From the NCBI GenBank assembly GCA_963665665.1, contig OY762428.1, positions 32,001-96,000 of the forward strand: 64,000 nucleotides of DNA, written 5' to 3'. Shown here in pieces: positions 1 to 10,265 of the stretch (positions are counted from its first letter, which is position 1; the number at the start of each line of letters is the position of its first letter). Source of the DNA: Candidatus Kapaibacterium sp. GTDB lineage: Bacteria > Bacteroidota > Ignavibacteria > Kapaibacteriales > UBA2268. The notes beneath the pieces are model-generated. The model ran no database searches, was not told the origin of the DNA, and worked only from the letters and a program-made list of their open reading frames with translations. Position numbers and translations under genes: made by a program.

Positions 1-726
1 CATACCAATTATAAACTTGAAGACAATTACTGGTGGTTTGTGGCAAGAAACAGTATCATCAGAGATATAATTGATGAAAAATGCAATCTTAAAGACGGCG
101 ATGATTTCCTTGATGTGGGCTGCGGAACCGGTGGTTTCACTGCTATGCTTCTTGACAGATTCAACGTGATAGGACTTGATGCCTCTCAAACAGCCCTCGA
201 GTACAGTAAAAAAAGGGGACTAAAGAATCTTTATGATTGCTACCTTGATTCATTTCCAAAAGAAAAGTGGAATGTAAAAGGTATTTCAATGCTTGATGTG
301 ATTGAACATATTGAGGATGACCTTGCCGTGGCCAAACAGGCCTATGATATTTTACCGGACGGCGGATGCCTTGTTCTGTCAGTTCCGGCCTATCAGTGGC
401 TCTGGAGCCGGCATGATGAGATTCACATGCACTATCGCAGATATACCAAAGCAGGAATAAAAAATGTTTTGAAAAAGGCAGGTTTTGAAATTGAGTTTTC
501 TTCTTATATGAATTTCTTTCTTTTTCCTGCTGCTGTAATCAAGAGGTTTATCGACAAAATTACGGGTGCTGATAAAAAACATGACGCCCCTGTGGATGAA
601 GTATCAGCAATGATGAACAAAATATTCACAAAGCTGTTTCTTTTTGAAGGAAAATTACTAAAACTATTCCGCTTTCCTGTTGGGGTGAGTGTTTTGATAA
701 TAGCCCGTAAAAAAAATCCTGACTAA
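1..726 (+). CDS. Class I SAM-dependent methyltransferase (5'-truncated by window edge)
   Basis: LDVGCGTG motif I, DVIEH, VPAY..LWSRHDE..HYRRY; frame is open back to base 1 (HTNYKLEDNYWWFVAR). Confidence 0.9.
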   Translation, partial: HTNYKLEDNYWWFVARNSIIRDIIDEKCNLKDGDDFLDVGCGTGGFTAMLLDRFNVIGLDASQTALEYSKKRGLKNLYDCYLDSFPKEKWNVKGISMLDVIEHIEDDLAVAKQAYDILPDGGCLVLSVPAYQWLWSRHDEIHMHYRRYTKAGIKNVLKKAGFEIEFSSYMNFFLFPAAVIKRFIDKITGADKKHDAPVDEVSAMMNKIFTKLFLFEGKLLKLFRFPVGVSVLIIARKKNPD

Positions 727-735
727 TCAGGATTT
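714..735. terminator. Hairpin between convergent genes, probable bidirectional terminator
   Basis: AAATCCTGA-CTAA-TCAGGATTT, a perfect 9-bp stem overlapping both stop codons. Confidence 0.6.
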
Positions 736-1354
736 ATATATCGCTAAATAAATGTTTTTGCTTTTTCAACTTAGCAAGCATCATCTTCCTTGCTCTGAAC
801 AGGTGTGCTTTTACAGTACCAAGCGGAAGATCAAGTTTTTCTGATATTTCCTTGTAATCAAGTTCTTCCTCGTGACGCAATTTCACAATTACCCTGTAGT
901 TTTCAGGCAGGCTGTTAATTGCTTCTTTAAGTATTTTAATTTTTTCGTCGTTCAGTACTGTTTTATCAGGTTGATAACTGGTATCTTTTATCTCAAAATA
1001 GTGTTCGTCCTCGGAATTATCAAGCGGCTGGCTTAATGAAATTGTTTTAAATCTCTTCTTCCTGAGAAAATCGATACATGTATTTGATGCTATCCTGTAA
1101 AGCCATGCCGAAAAAGAATATCCGAACTGAAATGATGCCAATGCCCTGTATGCTTTAATAAAGCTCTCCTGAGTCAGGTCTTCCACGTCATCTTCGTTTC
1201 TAACCATTTTACGAATAAGTGCTGCCACTATCCGGCTGTACTTAGTTTGCAGGAATTCATAGGCAGAATTATCACCGTCAAGGACTTTTCGTATTGCCTG
1301 AAAATCCTCTTCGTGATTATTTTCTTTAGTTTTTTTCCTTCCCTTCTGTTCCAT
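734..1354 (-). CDS. ECF RNA polymerase sigma factor (SigW/RpoE-like)
   Basis: Region 2 DVEDLTQESFIKAY..FSAWLYRIASNTCIDFLRK; region 4 YKEISEKLDLPLGTVKAHLFRAR; ATG at 1354 preferred over TTG at 1387. Confidence 0.92.
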   Translation of the reverse strand: MEQKGRKKTKENNHEEDFQAIRKVLDGDNSAYEFLQTKYSRIVAALIRKMVRNEDDVEDLTQESFIKAYRALASFQFGYSFSAWLYRIASNTCIDFLRKKRFKTISLSQPLDNSEDEHYFEIKDTSYQPDKTVLNDEKIKILKEAINSLPENYRVIVKLRHEEELDYKEISEKLDLPLGTVKAHLFRARKMMLAKLKKQKHLFSDI

Positions 1355-1453
1355 ACAATCCAAAATGTTAAAATTCAGTACTGCCAAAAATAAATATAAG
1401 AATAATTACACAAATAAATGACTGTTTTTTTCAACAAGGTGAAAATCAGATGC

Positions 1454-3184
1454 CTAAGTAATTACAGGCAGCCTGATTATAAATTTTGTCCCTTTTCCCG
1501 GCATGCTTTTCAATGTTATCTTACCATTGTGAGCTAATATAATATGCTTAACAATAGAAAGGCCGAGCCCTGTACCGCCCAGTTTCCTGGATCTTGATTT
1601 ATCAACCGTATAGAAACGTTCGAAAATTCGTTTCCTGTCATCCGACGGGATACCTATTCCCGTATCTTCAACTTCAATAAGGGCTTCGCCATTTACTTTG
1701 CTAACATTTATACTAATTGATCCGGTATCCGTATATTTGATGGCGTTATCAAACAAATTAATCATCACCTGTTCAATTTTGAACATATCAAGTTTTAAAA
1801 TCGGAAAATCTTTTTCTATATGGCATTCGAAACTAAGATTTTTTTCTTTTATCTTCGGCTCATAAATTTTAGTAACATTTTCCAAAATATCATTAAAATT
1901 CACATCCTTCAGAACAAGTTTCGTCCCGGCCTCTTCAATTTCGGATAATACCAGGAGGTCTTTAACAATATTGATTAACCTGTCTGTATGGCGTTTTACG
2001 ATCGAAACATAATATCTGGCTTTATCATCAACTTCATCTTCGAGTGTTTCAATAAATCCTTTTATAGCAGTTAAGGGCGTTCGTAGTTCATGGGATACAT
2101 TGGCAACAATATCACGTTTGATTTTCTCAAGTTCTTTGATATCGGTTATATCATGAAGAAGTATAATTATTTCATCATTCGATTCAATATATTTACCACT
2201 GCAAAGCAGGTATTTATCCGGGAGGTCAATTTCTTTTATTCTGCTGCCCTTTTTATTAACCATTTTACGGAAAAACTTCAGCAGAGTTTTTTCTGAAATG
2301 ATATCTTCAAAATTCTGGCCTTTAACGTAATTTGCTTCAAGTATATCTTCAAACTCACGATTATTATAAAGTATAACTCCCTCTGAATCAAGAACAACAA
2401 AACCTTCCTGGAGTGAATTGATTAAATTATCCATCTGCTCCTTGCTGGCCGTTACTTCCGTGAACAATGTTTCTATCCTCTTTACCATGTAGTTAAAATT
2501 CAGAGCAAGATCACCTATCTCGTCCTTATTATTCATATCTACAAAAGTACTGAAATCGCCGGTTGCAACCTTTTTCGATGCCTGCGCCAGTTTCTTGATA
2601 GGATTTGTAAGGGACCTGGAAAAAAACCAAATACCAATAATTGAAAACAGAAATACAATAACTGTAGTATTAAAGATTCTCTGGGTTATTTTATTGATAA
2701 GATTGTATACTTTTTCGGATAAAAGGCTAACCCTTGATACTGCAATTATTTGTTTTTTCTCATTATAAACAGGTAGTGCCTGGTAAAGCATTTCGGATTT
2801 TAAAGTTGAACTATATCTTAAAGACCTTCCAGAGTTACCGTTCATTGCTTTAATAATTTCAGGCCTGTCTGAATGGTTTTCCATTGTTGCGGTGTTATGC
2901 CTTGAATCAGCAAGAACAACGCCATCAGGGGCAATTATAGTTATCCTTGTGTTTATTTGATCATCCATCACGTTCACAATTGAATCTAATTTTTTGTAAT
3001 CCTTTTGCTGAACAAGTTCCTTTACTTTCAGGATAACAATATGGTTCAGATTATCGAGTTGAAGCTCGAGGTTTTCATGATAATCGGATTCAATTGTCTG
3101 ATAGGAAAAATATAGTATAAGAGATGATAACAGGAGGATTCCAAGAAGAAATCCCCCGAAGATTTTTTGAAAAATTGAAAACAT
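1454..3184 (-). CDS. phoR: PhoR-like sensor histidine kinase (2 TM, Cache-like, HAMP, PAS, HisKA, HATPase)
   Basis: ENHSDRPE sensor motif, NVSHELRTPLT H-box, NLFDNAIKY, DTGIGI, GGTGLGLSIVKH. Confidence 0.85.
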   Translation of the reverse strand: MFSIFQKIFGGFLLGILLLSSLILYFSYQTIESDYHENLELQLDNLNHIVILKVKELVQQKDYKKLDSIVNVMDDQINTRITIIAPDGVVLADSRHNTATMENHSDRPEIIKAMNGNSGRSLRYSSTLKSEMLYQALPVYNEKKQIIAVSRVSLLSEKVYNLINKITQRIFNTTVIVFLFSIIGIWFFSRSLTNPIKKLAQASKKVATGDFSTFVDMNNKDEIGDLALNFNYMVKRIETLFTEVTASKEQMDNLINSLQEGFVVLDSEGVILYNNREFEDILEANYVKGQNFEDIISEKTLLKFFRKMVNKKGSRIKEIDLPDKYLLCSGKYIESNDEIIILLHDITDIKELEKIKRDIVANVSHELRTPLTAIKGFIETLEDEVDDKARYYVSIVKRHTDRLINIVKDLLVLSEIEEAGTKLVLKDVNFNDILENVTKIYEPKIKEKNLSFECHIEKDFPILKLDMFKIEQVMINLFDNAIKYTDTGSISINVSKVNGEALIEVEDTGIGIPSDDRKRIFERFYTVDKSRSRKLGGTGLGLSIVKHIILAHNGKITLKSMPGKGTKFIIRLPVIT

Positions 3185-3187
3185 ATT

Positions 3188-3919
3188 TTACTCTTCCAGT
3201 TTATATCCAACGCCGCGAATATTCTTTATGTATTTACCTGACTCGCCGAGTTTCTCACGAAGGTTCTTGATATGAACATCGACAGTTCTGTCAAGTACTC
3301 CTTTGTCATGTGCTCCGAGATAATCAAGTATCTGATCGCGCGAATATACCCAGCCTTTTCTCTCGGAAAGTAATTTCAGAATTTTGAACTCCGAAGATGT
3401 CAGCTCAACCTTATTTCCCCCAACTTTAACTTCGTACTTATAAAGGTCAATCTGAAGGTCCTCGCCAATTCTGGTTACCTGAGATTTCTGGAGCTTGCTT
3501 TCGCGCCTTAGCACAGCTTTTACCCGTGCAACAAGTTCACGTGGCGAGAATGGTTTGGTTAGGTAATCATCAGCTCCAAGTTCCAGGCCGATAACTTTAT
3601 CCATTTCCTCGCTTTTAGCAGTCAGCATTACAACATAGATACCGGAGAACTCTTCTTCTTTCTTCAGGTATTTACAGAGTTCAAGGCCGTCAGCATCAGG
3701 AAGCATAAGATCCAGTATTACGAGATCAGGAACATTGAATTTAAGAAATTTCATAAAGGATGCTGCGTCCTGAAATTCCTTTACTTTGTAGCCGGCTTTA
3801 ACCAGGTGAAGCGATACAAGTTCAAGGATATCAGGTTCATCGTCAACTACGGCTACCAATTTCGAGCTGGTGTTTTGCAGGAATGGAAGAGAATCAGAAT
3901 TTTTTTCAAAATCGGACAT
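3188..3919 (-). CDS. phoB: OmpR/PhoB-family response regulator
   Basis: VVDDE, LDLMLP, GADDYLTKPFSPRELVARV, RTVDVHIKNLREKL, RGVGY; directly upstream of the PhoR-like kinase. Confidence 0.85.
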   Translation of the reverse strand: MSDFEKNSDSLPFLQNTSSKLVAVVDDEPDILELVSLHLVKAGYKVKEFQDAASFMKFLKFNVPDLVILDLMLPDADGLELCKYLKKEEEFSGIYVVMLTAKSEEMDKVIGLELGADDYLTKPFSPRELVARVKAVLRRESKLQKSQVTRIGEDLQIDLYKYEVKVGGNKVELTSSEFKILKLLSERKGWVYSRDQILDYLGAHDKGVLDRTVDVHIKNLREKLGESGKYIKNIRGVGYKLEE

Positions 3920-3967
3920 TTGGTCCCCGACATATTAAAACAATTCAATGGTCAATTATCAAGATTA

Positions 3968-3975
3968 CAAATTTA
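3968..3975 (-). promoter_or_regulatory. Bacteroidota-type -7 promoter element TAnnTTTG for the response regulator/kinase operon
   Basis: TAAATTTG on the minus strand about 50 bp before the start. The same motif occurs before dnaN (10139-10146), psd (10235-10242), purS (11743-11750), clc (30852-30859) and the 1419-aa gene (49241-49248). Confidence 0.5.
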
Positions 3976-4021
3976 ATTACAATTTTTATAAAAACCGAAT
4001 CGAAGAAATTGTCATTATTAT

Positions 4022-5365
4022 TTATAAATCCTTTATCCACTTGACAATATCAGTAATTATCTCTTCCGAAACATTTAAAAAAATATTATACTCCGAAGGT
4101 GTAGATTGTTCATCCCCTTCCTGAAGCAAATGATTCAAACGAGGATAATTTTTATAAATAATTTTGGGCTTGTCGGATAGATATTTTGAATATAGTGAGT
4201 CGGATTCATGAGCATTTACCTGGTAATCTCTTCCTGTTGCAATTATATACATTGGAGATTCCGTTTTTGAGGCTTCAACGGCAGAATTATAGTCAAGAAG
4301 GTCAATCCAGTAATTTGCAGGAAGTTTAAGCGGAAGGCTGTCTTTCGGTGTATCCGGATAGATTTCTTTATTCAGATATCTTTCTGCAGCCAAATCAGCC
4401 ATGTGGATTTTCATACTGTCATCGGCGCTAATGCTACCATCCAGGCCAAACAGATATCTGTATTGATCGGCTGAAACACTTGGTAGATCCTTAGACAATC
4501 CTGCTATCATAACAAATCCGGCAGCAACAGTATCCATTTTTGCAATTCGTGGTATCATAATACCACCAAGGCTATGCCCGGCTATAAAGATTTTATTTTT
4601 ATTAATTTCTTTGAATTTCAGCAGCAGGTTCGCAGCATACAAAGCATCATAAACTGTTTCTTCATTTACTGTGAGCTTTTCTGCCAGCATTGCTATTGTC
4701 ATCTGGTGAGCTTTAGTCCTTTTATCATAGCGCAGGACTGCTATACCATTTGAAGCAAGTCCGTAAGCCAAATCTTTGAAAGGTTTATTCGGCCCGATGG
4801 TTTCATCCATATCATTTGGCCCTGAACCATGAACAAGCACCACTGCCGGTACGGGTTTGTCAGATATAGGAATACATAACTTCGCTGGGAGTTCCCAGGC
4901 ACTTCCTTCATTTATTTTCAGGTCTGTCTCTCGGAATTTGCTTGTATCAGCATATTTCGGTATTTGATAAACAAGTTTTTCTCCGTTATATTCCTGAAAA
5001 AACAATCCGGAGACTTTAAAGTCCTGCGAAACAACCAACCTCATCAGGATTGAATCTTTTTCAAAAAAAAGGGGCAGGAAATTGATATAGTAAGGCCTCT
5101 GAAAATTAGCATAACCCTGGCCGTATGATCTAAAAGCTCCGTTTTGCATGTTGAGTTGCATCCACATATTAATAAGCGTCGGTAATGGCGCTGCATTCTT
5201 CATTGTCTGATCAAAAAGTTCGTGCGCTTTGGGAGCATCCTGCTCCTGAAGATAATCTATAAATTTCATCGCTATTTTTTTCGATGAATCAATAGCTTTA
5301 TTATCAGCATAAGAATAATTAATGCTGACAATTATTATCAACAGGAACAGGATTGATCTTTTCAT
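4022..5365 (-). CDS. Secreted alpha/beta hydrolase with N-terminal DUF3887-like domain
   Basis: Signal peptide; VHGSGPNDMDE, LRYDKRT, GHSLGG nucleophile elbow, DYQV, LNH. Confidence 0.85.
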   Translation of the reverse strand: MKRSILFLLIIIVSINYSYADNKAIDSSKKIAMKFIDYLQEQDAPKAHELFDQTMKNAAPLPTLINMWMQLNMQNGAFRSYGQGYANFQRPYYINFLPLFFEKDSILMRLVVSQDFKVSGLFFQEYNGEKLVYQIPKYADTSKFRETDLKINEGSAWELPAKLCIPISDKPVPAVVLVHGSGPNDMDETIGPNKPFKDLAYGLASNGIAVLRYDKRTKAHQMTIAMLAEKLTVNEETVYDALYAANLLLKFKEINKNKIFIAGHSLGGIMIPRIAKMDTVAAGFVMIAGLSKDLPSVSADQYRYLFGLDGSISADDSMKIHMADLAAERYLNKEIYPDTPKDSLPLKLPANYWIDLLDYNSAVEASKTESPMYIIATGRDYQVNAHESDSLYSKYLSDKPKIIYKNYPRLNHLLQEGDEQSTPSEYNIFLNVSEEIITDIVKWIKDL

Positions 5366-7374
5366 TATACATCCAGGTTTTTCACATATTTTGCATTTTT
5401 CTCGATAAATGCCCGGCGTGGTTCAACTTTATCTCCCATAAGTGTCTGGAAAATTCTTGTTGCCCTTGCAGCGTCATCAATGGTTACTTCAAGTAATGTA
5501 CGGGTTTCGGGGTTCATTGTTGTATCCCAAAGCTGATCCGGGTTCATTTCACCAAGGCCTTTGAATCGTGAAATAGTAATGCCATCGTTTGTTTTGCCCT
5601 GAGTGATTTCTTCTTCGTTGATTTCAACGCCTTTTCTTCCGGCGCTTTCTTTCCTTATTCTCCTGATGATCTCATCTCTTTCATCATCGTTGAAAGCGTA
5701 GTACTCTTTCTTTCCTTTCTTTACTTTGTAGAGCGGCGGCTGAGCAATAAACAACCTGCCTGTAGTTATTATATCTCTCATGTAAGTAAAGAATAATGTC
5801 AGTAAAAGGGTACGGATGTGAGAACCGTCCACATCAGCATCAGCCATTAGAATAATTTTACCGTAACGTGATTTTTCGGGGTCAAAATCCTCTTTGAAGC
5901 CGGCACCGATAGCTGTAAAAATAGCTCTGACTTCATCATTTTCAAGAATTTTTGTAATTTTTGCTTTCTGAACGTTCAGGATTTTACCTTTTAGCGGAAG
6001 TATCGCCTGGAATTTCCTGTCTCTGCCCTGTTTGGCAGAACCACCGGCAGAATCACCCTCCACCACGTATATTTCACAGTCTTCGGGAGTTTTAAGCGAG
6101 CAGTCTGCAAGTTTTCCCGGAAGTGTCGAGCTTTCTAATACGGATTTTCGCCTTACAAGGTCTCTTTGCTTGCGGGCAGCAATTCTTGCTTCTGCTGCCA
6201 GCGCTGCTTTTAGGATCACCTTCTTGGCAATTGACGGGTTGGAGTCCAGGAAAACAGCCAGTTTGTCATTAACAATCTGTCGAACAATACCTTCTACTTC
6301 ACCGTTACCAAGCTTTGTCTTGGTCTGTCCTTCAAACTGTGGTTCAGCTATTTTTACCGATATAACAACAGTCAGTCCTTCACGGAAGTCATCACCGCTT
6401 AGCTGGACTTTCGAAAGCTTATTATTTGTGGAATAAGCATTCAAAGTTCTTGTAAGAGCCGACCTGAAACCTGTAACATGTGTTCCGCCTTCAATTGTAT
6501 GGATATTATTAACATAAGAAAGCAGGTTCTCACTGAATCCGTCATTATACTGGAATGCTATTTCAACAACTGTTTCAGCTTTGTCATCACCATTTGAAGA
6601 GCCGGTTATGTATATTGGTTCGTTCAGAGCATTGTTACCTTCATTAAGATATTTAACGAAATCAACAATACCACCATCGTAATGATAAAATTCACTCAGA
6701 TTTTCTTTTTCATCAATTATTTCTATTGTTACTTCGGGATTCAGGAAAGCAAGTTCCCTCAGCCTGTCGCTGACTTTGCTAAATTTGAATTCAACTGTAT
6801 TGAAAACTGTATCGTCCGGATAAAATCTAGTGATATTTCCTGTTTCGCTTGATTCTCCAATTTCCTTCACAGGTGCCTGTGGGATACCCTTGGAATATTC
6901 CTGAGAATAAGCTTTACCGTCTCTTCTTACCTCAACAATACATTTTGAAGATAGTGCATTAACACAGGATACACCCACGCCATGAAGACCGCCGGATACT
7001 TTGTAACTTCCTTTTTCGAATTTACCGCCGGCATGAAGAGTACACATAACAACTTCAAGGGTGGATATTTTTTTCACCGGATGCGGGCCGGTCGGGATAC
7101 CGCGTCCGTTATCCTGAACGGAACAGGAACCGTCTTCATGCAATTTAACAGTAATTTTATCGCAATACCCGGCAAGGGCTTCATCGATCGAGTTATCAAC
7201 AACTTCCTGTATCAGGTGATGAAGTCCGCGGGAACCGACGTCGCCAATATACATGGCAGGCCTTTTCCTTACGGCCTCAAGGCCTTCAAGGACTTTGATG
7301 CTATCCTCGGTATAATTACCATTGCCATTTTCAACCGGATTAACCGATCCGCTATTAAGATTTTGTTCTTCCAT
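5365..7374 (-). CDS. gyrB: DNA gyrase subunit B
   Basis: GLEAVRKRPAMYIG, EVVDNSIDE, GGLHGVGVS, VEGDSAGGSAK, DADVDG, RFKGLGEM. Confidence 0.97.
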   Translation of the reverse strand: MEEQNLNSGSVNPVENGNGNYTEDSIKVLEGLEAVRKRPAMYIGDVGSRGLHHLIQEVVDNSIDEALAGYCDKITVKLHEDGSCSVQDNGRGIPTGPHPVKKISTLEVVMCTLHAGGKFEKGSYKVSGGLHGVGVSCVNALSSKCIVEVRRDGKAYSQEYSKGIPQAPVKEIGESSETGNITRFYPDDTVFNTVEFKFSKVSDRLRELAFLNPEVTIEIIDEKENLSEFYHYDGGIVDFVKYLNEGNNALNEPIYITGSSNGDDKAETVVEIAFQYNDGFSENLLSYVNNIHTIEGGTHVTGFRSALTRTLNAYSTNNKLSKVQLSGDDFREGLTVVISVKIAEPQFEGQTKTKLGNGEVEGIVRQIVNDKLAVFLDSNPSIAKKVILKAALAAEARIAARKQRDLVRRKSVLESSTLPGKLADCSLKTPEDCEIYVVEGDSAGGSAKQGRDRKFQAILPLKGKILNVQKAKITKILENDEVRAIFTAIGAGFKEDFDPEKSRYGKIILMADADVDGSHIRTLLLTLFFTYMRDIITTGRLFIAQPPLYKVKKGKKEYYAFNDDERDEIIRRIRKESAGRKGVEINEEEITQGKTNDGITISRFKGLGEMNPDQLWDTTMNPETRTLLEVTIDDAARATRIFQTLMGDKVEPRRAFIEKNAKYVKNLDV

Positions 7375-7419
7375 TTTTTTCTCGATTAGTTATATATGCT
7401 GCTTTATTATTTGCATTAA

Positions 7420-7695
7420 TTATTTAATATAAATTGATTTTACTACATTAGTTCCAAGTTTTTGATTAATTTTTTCCATTAATCCCGCTCTTCTCAGAAA
7501 GAGTTCGGAACGCCAGTTGGAACTCGTAGTCTGAATGTAAAGTGTTCCGTTTTTAAAACTTTGTGCATCAGCATTTGACGCAACTTTTTCGCCAACCACT
7601 TCATTCCATGTATTCCTGATTTTATCAAGAGTAAATTGCTCATCCCAACCATAATTTTTAATAATTTCATCAATAACACTGGCAATTGTTTTCAT
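7420..7695 (-). CDS. dciA: DciA / DUF721 helicase-loader family protein
   Basis: W.EVVG..VA...GTLYI...SSNWRSEL pattern; canonical position between recF and gyrB. Confidence 0.85.
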   Translation of the reverse strand: MKTIASVIDEIIKNYGWDEQFTLDKIRNTWNEVVGEKVASNADAQSFKNGTLYIQTTSSNWRSELFLRRAGLMEKINQKLGTNVVKSIYIK

Positions 7696-8861
7696 TTCTG
7701 ATCTCCGTTTTTATGCGGAGTATTCAAATTTACTCTGCCGGAATCCACTTCAAAGAAATAACAGGAATCCGAAGGCGGAACGAACCGGCTCATCATTTCT
7801 TTGTTAGTAACAGTAATAAATGTTTGTGAACTGTCTCGCGTAACTAATTCCAATACTTTAGATGTACGCTCGCTGTCAAGTTCCGAGAAAATGTCATCAA
7901 GAAGGAATAAGGGATTCTCATTTTTAATATTCTTAAGGTATTCGAACTCAGCAAATTTCAGGCTGATCAGCAGTGATTTGTGCTGCCCCTGGGATGCAGT
8001 ATATCTTGAATTAACTCCGTTGATATTTATTATCAAATCGTCCTTCTGGGGTCCGAACAAAGTTGATCCCCTGGCAAATTCGCGTTCTTTCAAAGCTTCA
8101 GCTGCTTTGTAATATTCCCCGGCAGCATCCTGAACAGCGAAATCATCGGTAAGAACATCATCAGCGATGTGATCCGGGTAATAAATAATTTCAACTTCTT
8201 CCCTGCCACCTGTTACGTCTTTATATACTTCCTTGAAAACTTCGTTAAATTTCCTGATAAACTTATTTCTCCTGACTGCAATCTCTGAACCTGTTTCAAT
8301 CAGAACATCAGTCCAGGCAGGTATAAGTTCGGAAATAGCTCCCCTGAATTTTTGTACATCGGAAAGCATACTGTTTCTCTGCTTCAAACATTTTTTCAAC
8401 TTAACCAGGGAGTCATAATATACTCTTCCGGATTGTGCAAGAACCGAATCCATAAACTGCCTGCGGGCTCCGGGTGAACCTCCGGTTATCTCTTTATGAT
8501 CCGGGGCAAGAGCTACAATTGGAATATTACCGATAATATCTTTCGGATTGAGATTATCTCCGCTGCTATTACTTATTCTTTTTTTCTTGCCTGGCGTAAA
8601 CATCAGGTTTACCTTATGAGGAATGCCGAGGTCATTCCTGGCCTTTGCCCCTGTACGGAAGAAATCAGATTCAAAATTAACGATAGTTGAATCCTGAACA
8701 TTCAGAAAACTTTTAGACAGGCCACACACAGACAAGGCTTCCAAAACAGATGTTTTACCCATTCCGTTCAGGCCGTATAAAACATTCAGCCCCGGTGAAA
8801 ATTCCAATTTCGTGTTCAGGTGATTTCTAAATCCCTGGATTTCCAGACTTTCTACTACCAT
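7692..8861 (-). CDS. recF: DNA replication and repair protein RecF
   Basis: Walker A GLNGMGKTS, GPQKDDL, SQGQHK signature, LLDDIFSELD. Confidence 0.96.
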   Translation of the reverse strand: MVVESLEIQGFRNHLNTKLEFSPGLNVLYGLNGMGKTSVLEALSVCGLSKSFLNVQDSTIVNFESDFFRTGAKARNDLGIPHKVNLMFTPGKKKRISNSSGDNLNPKDIIGNIPIVALAPDHKEITGGSPGARRQFMDSVLAQSGRVYYDSLVKLKKCLKQRNSMLSDVQKFRGAISELIPAWTDVLIETGSEIAVRRNKFIRKFNEVFKEVYKDVTGGREEVEIIYYPDHIADDVLTDDFAVQDAAGEYYKAAEALKEREFARGSTLFGPQKDDLIININGVNSRYTASQGQHKSLLISLKFAEFEYLKNIKNENPLFLLDDIFSELDSERTSKVLELVTRDSSQTFITVTNKEMMSRFVPPSDSCYFFEVDSGRVNLNTPHKNGDQK

Positions 8862-8886
8862 TATTTATTATCTTCCAATGCTCAAA

Positions 8887-10059
8887 TTAATTTATCCTTA
8901 CCGGCATTATAAGCATCAATAGTTTTTCTTCTGATTCTCCGGCTTTTACGATTACAGGTTTTTGCGGTTCCGAGAAGGATAATCTTATCAGTCCTTCTTG
9001 ATTCGGATCCACGTATCCGAGAGCTTCTTCAAGGAATTTATGGTTGAAGCCGATTTCTGTCGGTTCTCCAAGATATTCACAGGGAATTTGTTCGTCGCCG
9101 TCAGTTCCAATCTCTTCATCACGCCCGGTTATCAGAATCTGGTTTTCAACAAATTTTATTCTAATCTGTTTGGATATCTCATTAGCAAAAATTGAAACAC
9201 GCCTGATCGAATTGATTAGTTCATTTTTGTCAACAATGGCTGCAAATTTATCATCCTGAGGAATCACATTTTCGTAAGGGGGAAATCTTTCGTCAATAAT
9301 TCTTGTTACTATTACTGAATTTCCCGTTTCGAACCTTGTATGCGTTATTTTATCATGCGATTCAATCAGTGACATTGTAACATCATCATCAACTTTTTTC
9401 AGAAGGTCCACTGCCCTGGCCGGGAAAATCAGGTCCAGTTCGGCGGGATATACTGCATCAGGATTCTCAACAATTACTCTGGAAAGCCTGTAGCTGTCCG
9501 TTGCAGCTGCATAAATTCTGTCCGAGCGGAACTGAAACAGCACGCCTGTCATCGCCGGGCGAAACTCATCTTTTGAAACGGCAAATGAAGTTTTTCCGGC
9601 AAGCAGCGACATATCATCTGCTTTAATTAGTATTGCGGATTCCGTTTCCGCATCCAGACCCTGCTGGTAGTCAGGAGTACCAGGGTTAAAAAGTTCCGGA
9701 ATATCCAGGTATTCGTCAGGGTTCAGGCCTTTCATAGCATATTGACCGTTGGATGTAGTCATTTTAATCTCGAAAGTATCAGGATTAGAAGAAAATAACA
9801 GAGCACCCTTATTACCAAGTGCACGGATAATTTCACTGCTTCTTCTGCCCGGTACGAGTATCGCTCCTTCTTCTTCAGTTTCAACCTGAAGGGATGTCAT
9901 GATAGTAATATCTTGATCGGTTGCTATCACCCTTAGAACTCCCTGTTCAAGAGAAAAATGAAGGTGTTCGAGAATAGGCAATGTTGACTTTGGAGGAATC
10001 GCGGGAAGTGTTTTGTTCAATAATTCCTGAAAATCCTGTAAAGCTACTGTAAATTTCAT
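8887..10059 (-). CDS. dnaN: DNA polymerase III beta sliding clamp
   Basis: KSTLPIL, ATD, RPAMTGVL, ATDSYRL, FPPYENVIP, IGFN, C-terminal LIMPVR. Confidence 0.96.
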   Translation of the reverse strand: MKFTVALQDFQELLNKTLPAIPPKSTLPILEHLHFSLEQGVLRVIATDQDITIMTSLQVETEEEGAILVPGRRSSEIIRALGNKGALLFSSNPDTFEIKMTTSNGQYAMKGLNPDEYLDIPELFNPGTPDYQQGLDAETESAILIKADDMSLLAGKTSFAVSKDEFRPAMTGVLFQFRSDRIYAAATDSYRLSRVIVENPDAVYPAELDLIFPARAVDLLKKVDDDVTMSLIESHDKITHTRFETGNSVIVTRIIDERFPPYENVIPQDDKFAAIVDKNELINSIRRVSIFANEISKQIRIKFVENQILITGRDEEIGTDGDEQIPCEYLGEPTEIGFNHKFLEEALGYVDPNQEGLIRLSFSEPQKPVIVKAGESEEKLLMLIMPVRIN

Positions 10060-10265
10060 AATTCAGGCCTGTTATTTATATTATTAACAATAATTTCAAT
10101 AAAATATATTATAAATAAAAGGTATTATTTATAACTTACAAATTTACGAATTTTCGGGCGCTAATACAATAACAGCCTGCTTATGTGGAAAAAAAGATTA
10201 AACAGTTTTTAATGGATTATTTTCATTATTTTTGTAAATTTGGTTTTGACAATAAGGTAAGTATA

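Noticed and set aside
3964-3982. Pho-box-like ATTACAA direct repeat upstream of the PhoB-like gene
   Set aside because: Spacing is 12 rather than 11 bp, it overlaps the -7 motif, and the AT-rich context makes chance likely.
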